NCBI GenBank assembly: GCA_001275005.1
Contig: JWZX01003371.1
Location: 1 to 41,431 of the forward strand
Length of the DNA stretch: 41,431 nucleotides
Reading direction: 5' to 3'
Origin: Chrysochromulina tobinii
Lineage: Eukaryota
In this document: positions 29,726 to 39,658 of the stretch, one piece after another
How the letters are laid out: every line of letters starts with the position of its first letter
Position numbering within the stretch: the first letter of the stretch is position 1
Made by a program: the position numbers and the translations under genes
The notes under the pieces: generated by a model
Database searches by the model: none
Told to the model about the DNA's origin: nothing
Seen by the model: the letters and a program-made list of their open reading frames with translations, nothing else

Positions 29726-30170
29726 GGGCTCGGTCACGACGGGGCGCGCTTGCTCCCTTGACACCTGCGGCGGCTGCGCCGCCTGGTGCGAAGGCGACGC
29801 GCCTTGTCGCCGCACACGCTGCGAGCAGACAAGGTTCGCGCCTTTTGGCTAACTTTTGGCCCGAGGTGTTTGTTTTCGCCAGGGCGCTTACGCGCGGGCT
29901 TAGCCTTAGGAATGCGGCGGATGTACAGTTTTAAGTTATACCGTACTCCGCGGTAATAGTTTTGCTACTCAACTGCGACGCCATTAAGGCCGACTCCTCA
30001 GTGTGGCCGAGTCGCCCGTTTTTGGCGTTTTGTGCCTCCCTGGGGCCGGCGCGGTAACGGCGCCGGGCGTCATGATAACTGATATGCCTGTAGCCTGTTC
30101 TCCCCGCTACCCGCTCGGCCTTGCGGGGCCAGTGCACTACATGAGCGCGTAGTAGAAGTGTCGTAGTCGA

Positions 30171-32807
30171 TTAAACTTGAAATTGAGCAGTGGCATTTGC
30201 AGTGACGCTGCTGGTGCCGGTGTTGCATGCCGGGCTAAGGCTGTCACTGCTGCGCGTTGAACAGCCCGCCTCGTGCCAGAGGCGTGAGGCGATGCGGAGG
30301 GCACGCAGCGCGTCGGTGGGTCCGTGCGCGGGCGAAGGCTGCTCGCCACTTGGGGGAGCGTCGCCACCGCTGCCGTCGCCGCTGCACCGCTTAGCATGCC
30401 CCACGGGCGCCGTGCCGGGCGTGGGCGTGACGGAGGTTGCGGGTGCGACGGGCTCGAGGGCGAGGGCGAGGGGGCGGAGGGCCTCGAAGATTGAGTAGAG
30501 GGTCGCATCGCCCCGTAATAGCCCTCGCCAGTCGCCAAAGTCGGCGGGCGCACCGCTCGCGCTGATCTGTCGTAGCATGCCCTCGAAGAGCACGCCGTCA
30601 AACCACTCCCACGCACCATGCCAGGGCAGCGGCGCGCCGCATGCGCTATTAAGCACATTGATGTCGACGGCGACGCGCAAGAAGAGCTGTGCCGCGTGCA
30701 CGACCGCAAGCGAGGGGGGCGCGCATGCGGTGGGGCGCTGGCGGAGGGGCGCGGGTAACCGCTGGCGCGTGGCGGCGAGCCATGCCATCACGAGACCCTG
30801 GCAGAGGAGCGCGCTTGCCACGACGCGCGGCGCCAGGCCGTGCCGTCGCATGTAACGCACGGCGAGCACCGTGAGGGCGATGGGGCCGAGTGATAGCAGA
30901 GCCGCGGGCTCGAGACGCGCGGCGAGCGTGTCGTGGCGTGCAGCGCGGGCGTAGGCGCTGAGGAAGCAGCTGCAGCGTGCGGGTGGCGCCATGCTCCACA
31001 TCGTCTCGCATGCATGCAACTGTGACGGCACACGCACCGCCTCTGGGTGCGCGAGGCTTGGCTGCCCGTGATACACTACGTGCTCCTGCACCACGCCAAA
31101 TGGAAGGCCCTCCTCTGCCGCACCTTCAGACGCCGCTGCGCTAGGAGTGCTGCCGAACGAAGCGGTGGCACTGCTGTGGAGTGCTGTGGAGTGCTGTGGA
31201 GTGCTGCCGAACGAAGCGGCGTCGGCTCCACCTCGGTCCGAGGGTAACGTCTGCTGCCTCTGCAAACTTGGGTGAAGGAACGGGTGTGCCGCTGCGCCTG
31301 CCTCCGCCTCCCGCGTCGCCGCCGCCGCAGCATCACCCTCGTCCTCCTCGTCCTTGGCCGCATGCGCTGTCGCCTCCTTCTCTTCCGCTCTCGGAGGCAA
31401 CATCAATGGTAAGTGTGGCGGATGCACGGGGCAGCAGGCAGCGTACACCTCCTGTCGGAGCGGGCGGGAGGCGAGGATCGTGGGCATCGCGGCGGGATCG
31501 TCGAGCGAGGGTCCCCGCCAAATGGCGCCGCGCGTCGCGGCCGAATAGATCATCGAGTCGAGCTGCGCTCGCCGGAATCGGCGCGCCATTGCGACTGAAG
31601 CGCCCAATCCAGCGCTGAGCAGCGTCTGAGGCAGCTCGTCGAAGCTGGCGCCGACAGCATACTGCTCGAGAGAGATGCACACGGTGGCTCGCACGGGAGT
31701 CGTGAGCCGGCGCCCAAAGTCGAGAGCGCACCAGAGCACCGGCGTCATCGGGCGAGGTCCTCTCCAGCCAACGGCCGCGGCCGCCGCGCCCAGGTGCGTC
31801 GCAACTGCCTCAATGAGGGGTGAGCCGTGCGCGTGACGCTCGGGCATCAGGCTCGAGTGCCAGCGGCTCAGGGCCGCAGTCGGCACGAAGTCATTGCCAA
31901 TGAGAGAGCCGAGAAGGGGGAGGAGCGCTGTCGGCAGCCCCAGCGCAGCATCCACCGCCGCGCGCCGATAGGCAACCACCGAGGGAGGGTTCGCATGCAA
32001 GTACAGCGTGTCCAGATTGAGGTAGCACGGCACCTGCGCGGCACTCAGGCGGTCATCAATGGCAATCCGATGGAGTGCATCCAAGGCGGAAGATGGCCAA
32101 CTACAGCGTTCCGAGAGGGCAAGCACGCACAGGGAGCACGAAGTAGTCAGAGTCCTTGCCGAGCACTGCGGCACAGCCGCGGTGGACGCAGTAGCTTGCA
32201 ATCTCGCGGTCTGCCTCGCCCGCGGTGTAGTGCACCTCGCACCCCTGCTCCGCGAACGCACTCCCCACCGTCTTCGAGATGTTGGGTGGTGGCATCCATG
32301 CTGCCTTGGCAGGCGCCTCGCCACGACCGAGCGCACCCACGACGCGCTCGACCTTCTTGTAGTCGTTGAGGCGGCGCTCACGCCACTCGGAGAGCTTGGC
32401 ATCGTCGACGCCGCCGTCCATGAAAACGACCAGCTGGAGGCCCTGGGTCGCAAAGGCGGACACGAAGGCCGACACGTTGAGCCACACCTCCTGAAACTGG
32501 CCGCCGACGATCCACTCGAGATCGGCCGGGTACATCTTGCGCAGGAGCGCCATTCCATCGAGCACGATCACGCTCGCGTTAGCCGACGCGTCCATGCTGC
32601 CTGGTAGCACGCCCGTACCCGCGAGCGCTCGCAACGGCACCGTGTGCTGCGAAACGGGTAGCCGGCCCTCAAGGTACGTGTGCAGACCCTTTACGACCCT
32701 GGCGTAGGAGGAGGAGACGGAACGCAAAGGGGTCATCGCGCGAACTGGGTGGCGCGCACGTGACGGGAGCAGGCGTGGCGATCGAGAGCCGTGCAATTTA
32801 GTACCAT
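30171..32807 (-). CDS. FAM120/asteroid-like PIN (XPG/FEN1-fold) protein
   Basis: VKGLHTYL, IVLDG, VFMDG, GEADREIA, LGKDSDYF and LIGNDF. GT-AG intron 32130-32034 joins YFVLP to VPCYLNL. Probable ATG-only first exon at 32807-32805 with intron 32804-32699 gives MGVKGL if one extra base near 32696 is removed. Confidence 0.82.
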
Positions 32808-33017
32808 GGATCGTCCACGTGTGAATTACCCCGGAAAATCAAACATTTCTTAGGCAGTTTCTTTCCAAGCTGGTGTCAATTTCGTCGCTTTGGTGGCTCA
32901 GCGGTTCAGCTACATGTAACTTCACTCATTCGGCCAAAACTATCGAGTTGGAGGAGTGCGGCTGTCCACACACCGCTCGATCTGCTGCGGCGGCGGCGCG
33001 AGGACGGCAGAAGAGAG

Positions 33018-36000
33018 ATGGCACAGCAGCCTGCTGGTGCCGACGAGATTGATCCGGCGCTCGTCCACCTGGACGATGATGAGCTCGAGGCGATCAAGGT
33101 CGACCTCGAGCAGCGCCTCGCTCGCTTCCAAAAGGCCTTCTTTCAGCAGCATGGGCGCAACCCCAATGAGGAGGAGCGCGCACCGGCCAAGCCTGCTATC
33201 AAGAAGTACCGGGGGGTGGGCGCCGAAATCGCGCGCCGCCAGAAGCTGCGAGCACAGTTGCAGGCAAACAAACGGCTGAAGTCGGCGATCGCCATAACCG
33301 AGCTCGCTGTGGGCGCATCTCAGGACAGGCCGAGCCAACTCGTGCGCTCTTCTACGGCGAGAGCGGCGATCGATGCCACCGAGAAGATGGCGAGGTTCAC
33401 CTCCACGTTGGGCGGCTCGGCCACCTTAACGCTCTTCTTCGAATGGGGTCAGTATACGGCGATCTGGGCAGATGTGTCGCTGGCGACGGCGGTCATGATG
33501 AAGGAGAAGAACCCGGGGATCAACTTGGGCGTGCTCGGGAGCTGGAACGGCCACCTCGAGGGCACGGTCTGGCGCTGGGTGCAGATCTTCAATCTCGACA
33601 TCGAAGCCTTCCGCGCCAACTTTGACATCGCCTTCCTCGCGGCGGTAGGCTGGCGCGAGGTCCACCTCTTGTGCACAGTGATCTTGCCTTTCCTCATCTC
33701 GGGCGTGACCGTGCTTCTGCTCAAGTCCCTCGGCGAGATTGCGCGCCTCGCGCTGATCACATCCGCGTACGTGCTCGCACTGCAAGAGCGACGCCCGCCC
33801 GCTGCTGCGCGCCCGACGCCGCTGCGCACCCACCGCTGCGCGCCTGATGGCACGCGCAGCTCGCCCGCGCAGCTCGCCCGCCCGTACGCCACCCTCCGTG
33901 CTCGTGGCCGTTGTGCAGGGCGCTACTCTTCGTCTTCAGCACGTCGTGCCATTTCTTACTCGCCCAGGGCCGGGCGATCCGGGACACTGAGGAGGGCGAG
34001 ATCCTGGGCATCAACCAGGAAAACCTCAACATCGTCCTTGGCGTTGGCGGTGCCTCGTTCCTGGCATCGGTCACGATCATGGTGTATATGCGCGTGATCA
34101 CGTACCGGATGGTGCGCAAGTACCTCGAGCGCGAGGTACAGGAGCTTGAGGAGAAGCTCTACCAGGTCAAGAATAGTTTGGAGGCCAAGGCCGGCGGGGT
34201 GCGCGAGGAGATGCCCTCCGATGGCCCTCCGATGGCCCTCCGATGGCCCTCCGATGGCCCTCCGATGGCCCTCATATGGCCCTCCGATGGCCCTCATATG
34301 GCCCTCCGATGGCCCTTCAATGGCCCTCCGATGGCCCTCATATGGCCCTCCGATGGCCCCCTGATGTTCCGCGGATGGCCGCGTGATTGCAGGAGGCCAT
34401 GCCCAACGCGAGCGATCTCAAGGCGATCCTCGAGAAGGACGATCACGAGAAAGACTTCGTGGGTGGGCGTGCGAAGGACGTCGAAGAATATGCGCGCCAG
34501 ATGCATGAGCGGGAGCTCCATAAGTCGAATCGTGTCAATCTGCCCACCTTGTCGGCCTTCATGAAGTGGGTCTCCATGTGGCTCTTCTTCTCGCTCGGCG
34601 CGCTGCTCCTCTGGCTTCGCGTCTTTGAGATGCTGCCTGCCGTAGTGAACCAGTACCTGACGGAGCAGTACAAAGCCATGTACTGGGCGGGTGCCGGGAT
34701 CTGCACCTCCTTCGCCGGCCTCATGCTCCTGTACATGCTCGCCACAATGACCACGACCGGCCAGGAAGTGGTCGATTATGTATCGCAGGCGTTGCGCGCA
34801 ACCTACATCGGCTTCCTTCTGGTGGTCGTGATCGTGTTCTATATTCCCGTCTCGAAGGCGGCCATCAGCGTCTTCGTCTGCAAGGACCGACAGTGTGGGC
34901 TCGGCGAGTGGTTCCCTGTTCAGTCGCCGGGCACGGATGCCACCATCGTCACCTACCTCACCAACTTTGCCGGCACCGCGATCAAGGATCTTGTGTTGTC
35001 GGAATTGCAGCCAGGCAACAACCTCACCACGAGCGACGCCGTCTTCGACCTCGGCCCAGCCACCTCGTGCCAAGCCTGCCAATGGCTCTCGGGGCCCGGC
35101 ACCACAGTCGACTCCGAGGGCAGACTGAGATCGATGTGCCCTGCGTACCTGTCAGACGCGCTCTGCGCACCAACGACCTCGTTGCGGCTCTCCGCGTCGC
35201 CCGCGATCAGCTGCTCCCAACAGTGGCCCTACTACATTCCGGGCGCGGTGCTCACCCTGATCATGTTCACCCTTGGCGTGCCCTACATGTTCTATCAGCT
35301 TACCAACCGTCACAGCAAGATGTGAGCTAGCAAACCCCAGCGAGCGCGTCACCCAGCGAGCGCCTCCGAGTGCGAGCATTCGGTCGCACCGAGCACGGCG
35401 CGCTGAGCGTGTCGCGCCAACCACCTTGCAGCACAATTTTACGCTGTCAGCCACTACCCCCGCCTCACCCTCTACCCGCCCCTGCTCCTCTTCCCGCTTC
35501 TCTCTTTGGACAGGTACGAGTCTTTGCCCATCTACGCCGATAAGCAGAAGAGGGGCAGAAGAGGGGCCAAGCATGAGGCCAACGTCTTGGCGGCGGCCAC
35601 CGTAGATCAGGGCTGGTATGCCCGTAATTTGAGCGATCCGATGCACTTGAAGTTCACGCGGTGGGAGGTTGACGACCTCTGGCTGCGCCGCGTGCGCCGC
35701 GCCAAGAGCAACCGCGCCAAGAATCTGTACGCGGACTTTGAGTACGCCTGGAGGTACTGGAAGCTGGTTATGCTCGCGGTCAAGTTTTCCGTTGTCCTCG
35801 TCGATCGACTCACGCCAATTTTCCCGTCGCCGCTGATCGGGCCCGTCTTGTTGCTTGGCATCCATTCCTTCATGTTTATCCTGTCCGTGTACGCGCGCCC
35901 CTACATTGACAAGCGGCCGGACCTATTCGCGATTTCGCTCTCCTTGGCCAACATGTTCAACTTCGTGCTCCTCGTTGTCTTCGCGATGAGGATCCCCGTG

Positions 36001-36945
36001 CCCGACTGGATGGGCTGGATCCTCCTCGTCGTCAACGTCGTGTTTCCCATCTTGTCCCTCTTCATCGGCTACTGCCTCAACGACCGCAAAGCGCGCAACC
36101 TGCAGAGTCATCTCCAAGATGTACCTGGGCGAAAGGAGTACCTGGGTGAGGACAAGGTGAGGTTGCCTCGGACCGCCTCGGGTTACCACTGATCGATGGC
36201 CTCGAATGGGCTCCGATGGTCTGCGATCGCCGCCGATTGTCACTGAAGGCCACCGATCGTCACCGATGGCCACTGATGATCAGCGATTGCCACCGAGTGT
36301 CACCGATGGCCACTGATTGTCGCCGTTTGCCACGGATTGCAGGTGCTCGCCGAGCGCAAGAGCGTCGAGCGCCACATCAACGACTTCACGCTGCGCTTTA
36401 TCAGCAAGTGGACGTGGGGGGTTCTAATCTCGTGCATCCTGTGCGGCGAGCTGATCTTCATTGGCACCTTCGCCGAGGCGGCCCTCTCGCCCGTCACTGG
36501 CCACACCGCTTCGCAGGTCGCTATCACGGGCGTCGTCGACTGCTACAAGGAGGACTACGCGCGCGCTCAGGAGTTCATCGGCTTCCATGACTGGCGCAAC
36601 TTTACCGCATCATGCTGCTGCATGTCGCGCTCGAACTCGTCGTCGTTGGAGGACCCTGACTTTGAAACGCATGCGGTGGAGCTGTGGGCGTGCTCGCGGC
36701 CTAGCCGCTCCACTGGCATATCCAGCGTCTTGTACAAGGAGCGCCATCGTCGGAGCCTCCGGCCCGGATCCACGATCGCGCCTGTGCGCAAATTCTGCTC
36801 GCCGCACTTCCGCAACCCGAGAAGCGCCAACCCGGACGCCGACTCGGGTGTGGAACCTGTGTGGGACGATGCGCTCGAGAAGCTCGGTGTGTGGACCTAC
36901 TTCTCCAACGGCACGCGCGACACGTTCTACGACGATTATTGGTGA
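33018..36945 (+). CDS. Multipass membrane protein (TRP-like/7TM C-terminal region of protist type) with N-terminal FAM13/Sld2-like 'F..HGR.P' helical motif; 5 exons
   Basis: Exons 33018-33766, 33919-34198, 34393-35321, 35514-36156 and 36343-36945; all four GT-AG introns are phase-compatible. Many TM segments; motifs F.LGVPY.FY.L, LY.DFEY..RYWKLV.L and RPY. N-terminal FFQQHGRNPNEEE...KKY. Confidence 0.78.
34212..34360. repeat. Intronic 11-bp minisatellite (GATGGCCCTCC)n
   Basis: Roughly a dozen near-perfect units, with variant ATATGGCCCTC, inside intron 34199-34392. Confidence 0.9.
36170..36340. repeat. Degenerate intronic 10-11 bp repeat (CCACYGATGG/CACCGATYG-like)
   Basis: Recurring cact/ccgat motifs within intron 36157-36342. 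Confidence 0.6.
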
Positions 36946-37906
36946 GCCGCCTTCGGGCATCCCTCCTTCCCCTTCCCCTTCTCCTCCCCAAATATGTGGA
37001 GGGGAAGAGAGGGGAGGCGGGGGCGATGGAGTCGGGCCGGGCCGTGAACGCCCATGCACGCGCGGTATGGATACTCGCCCTAACTATCGACCCTGACCAT
37101 ACGCACGCGCGGATGGCGCTCATTCGGGGCTTTTGCTGTAGATGCTGTAGTATGGTATTGGCTCGGATCCGCCTCGCTTCATGCTTCTGCTTTCGAGCTC
37201 TGTGTGTCTCGTGAGCTGCCACAACCGTTGCTACGGAGCGGTTGACTTGAGTCTCAGATCGGTCGGGCAATGTGTGCGACGCGAGGGGCTCGCAGCAAAG
37301 GCCAGGGCCCACGGCCGCTTACATGTAGGCATGGCATGTAGGCATGGCAATTCTTTGGCATGATTCTTTGTGAACCACACACCACGGTCTAATGTTCTAT
37401 GTTGAAGAACGGCCACAGAAGGCCACAGACCCATGCACACGAGACCACTCGGAGTCGGACCAACAGTCGGCCATGCAGTCGGCGCGCTCACTTGAGTCCG
37501 TGTCGCGTCGCGTGTGTCGCACCGCGCCGGTGTCGGCCGCGGACCCGGCTGGGGCACTCCTGAGGACGGCTCCAGCCTCCACACGGTACCACGCGCGTGT
37601 GTAATTACGGGTCGTCGCCACCAACCGCCAGATGCGAATCCGATCGCGGTACACGGTCAGGGGCGGTATCTGGAGCCCTATAGCCCGGCCGCGCTGTCTA
37701 CAGAGCGCGCCGAAAGACACATTTCTAGACTACGCATAACTAGGTAACTCTAAGCTTTGCAACGCGTTTGCCGTTGCGCGTTGGCGGAGTCACACTGAGA
37801 GCTCTACCGCGCGCTAGCGGTAGCGCATTGCTCTACCACTGCTGTTGTGTCTCCGCAGGCGCGGCCCGACCGTTGAGCTCTCGTCTGGCGTCATGTGCTG
37901 CGCTCA

Positions 37907-39487
37907 TCAGATGGTGGCGGGCGTGAGCTCACCTCGCCACCATGCTCGCCAACCGCGCCGACGCGCGCGCCGGCCACGCAAGAGCGGCGGCGGTACGATC
38001 TCCCATGCGATCTCCTCGTCTTCGCTCGTGCCTGCTGCCTCAACCGTGGTGGTGCTCGTGCTCGGGGGTACGCGCCACGCCGACGGCTCAGAGGCATCGA
38101 CTTGCTCCGCGGCCGCGCCGTCCTCATCTTTGGCAACGGCGAGGCGCGCCGACGGGCGCCCACCGTGATCGGCCAGCGCGAAGCCGATACGGTCGCCGTC
38201 GCGGTCAAAGACAGCGGCGTACCGTCGCATGAAGATGTCGCCAAAGATCCACAAGGGGCCGCGTGGCGGCGGCACATCGAGGGCCATGAATGCGAACGCG
38301 CACTCGTCGGAATCCTCTTCGCCTGCCGCGAGCAACGAGTCCTCGGCGTGCAGGATGTAGTCCGCCGGGCTGAAGGTGAACGTGTGGCCACCCACGAGAA
38401 AGCTGAGGGTTGGGAGCGAGCTCAGATGGCACCGCCCGCCGCCGCTGCCCGGGCCGCCCTCATCGGCGCCCACGGGGCGACCGACACTCGCCATGATTGC
38501 ACGTAGCTTGCGGACCAGGTGGTGGATGGCTTGTGACGGCCCAGTGAACAGGGAGGTACCCGAATCCACCGCCACGCGACAACCCGCGTCGACGCCGACG
38601 CCGGCGCCGCCACTGCCGCTGTTGATGCTGCTGCCGCGGCCGACGCCTTCGTCGCCGCAGAGCACTTGCGGCGCTCCATCCAGCCAGACATCCTCCATGC
38701 GCACCTCCCAATAGGCCGACGACATATCACGCGCCACCCAGCGCACCGGCCCCGCCAGTCGCGTCACGTCGAGACCACCAAGCACGAGGGCCGAGCCGCG
38801 TGGGTCGGACTGCGCACCAAAGTGGAAGGCGAACTGGTTGCGTGCGAGCAGACGCTGCCGCATCACCGAGTCAAAGAAAGGAGACGTGCCGTCCGCCGCG
38901 AGTGCCGGCAGCGCGAGCCCGACGAGGCCGTCAAAGGGGTAGTCCTCAAACCCTTCCGGAAAGGAGCGCTCCTCGCGCACCTCGAGGAAAGCCTGGCGCG
39001 GGACGCGCAGCCCGTGGAACGAGACCATATCGCGCATGACGCGCCCCTCGATCTCGCCCGTGCCAAACCGGATGCCCAGACCCTGCTCCGAGCTCTCACA
39101 CGTCGAAGAGGCCGTCGAGTTGAAGCGCGGCCGGTTGCCGCACCGCTTTGTCTTGCAGCCGAGGCCGGGGACCCACAGGTTGGCGGAGCCCGTGTCGAAG
39201 ACGACTGAAAACAGCTGCGGTGGCGTGCCGATGCCCAGCGTGCCAAAATAGAGCGTGTCGTGGAAGTTGCGCAGTTCCTCGGTGATGAGCGGCGGGAGTG
39301 ACGCTGCCTTCCAGTTGCCAGGAGAGACGCTCGCGGCGGCGAGTTGGTCGTGGTGCTCACGCACCCTCGCGAGGTAGTCGGCCGTGGTTGCCGCGCCTCG
39401 AGGCGCGAGGTGGACGGGCAGCACTATCGGCGATGACGCGGACGATTCTGGGGAGACGGCCCTGGCGACGGCCCAGGCGTCGGCCAT
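37907..39487 (-). CDS. Pepsin-family (A1) aspartic protease
   Basis: YFGTLGIGTPPQLFSVVFDTGSANLWV, FDGLVGLA, second catalytic motif VDSGTS, and LWIFGDIFMRRYAAVFD...IGFA. Confidence 0.93.
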   Translation of the reverse strand: MADAWAVARAVSPESSASSPIVLPVHLAPRGAATTADYLARVREHHDQLAAASVSPGNWKAASLPPLITEELRNFHDTLYFGTLGIGTPPQLFSVVFDTGSANLWVPGLGCKTKRCGNRPRFNSTASSTCESSEQGLGIRFGTGEIEGRVMRDMVSFHGLRVPRQAFLEVREERSFPEGFEDYPFDGLVGLALPALAADGTSPFFDSVMRQRLLARNQFAFHFGAQSDPRGSALVLGGLDVTRLAGPVRWVARDMSSAYWEVRMEDVWLDGAPQVLCGDEGVGRGSSINSGSGGAGVGVDAGCRVAVDSGTSLFTGPSQAIHHLVRKLRAIMASVGRPVGADEGGPGSGGGRCHLSSLPTLSFLVGGHTFTFSPADYILHAEDSLLAAGEEDSDECAFAFMALDVPPPRGPLWIFGDIFMRRYAAVFDRDGDRIGFALADHGGRPSARLAVAKDEDGAAAEQVDASEPSAWRVPPSTSTTTVEAAGTSEDEEIAWEIVPPPLLRGRRARRRGWRAWWRGELTPATI

Positions 39488-39658
39488 GGCTTTGGGGAGA
39501 CGGCTTTGCTACAAAAACGCATTGGTGTGAAACGGCTGTGAACCGGAGCGTGAAGCCTGGGTTTGCGACGAAACTGACTGACAGACTGACCTTCAGGCGC
39601 TCCCCAAAAAACCCCTCAAATTTCGTATCCCCTTTCCTCGGAACCACACATCCCGGCC

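Noticed and set aside
34199..34392. MALRWPSDGPP repeat peptide in track ORFs
   Set aside because: Read-through translation of an intronic 11-bp minisatellite.
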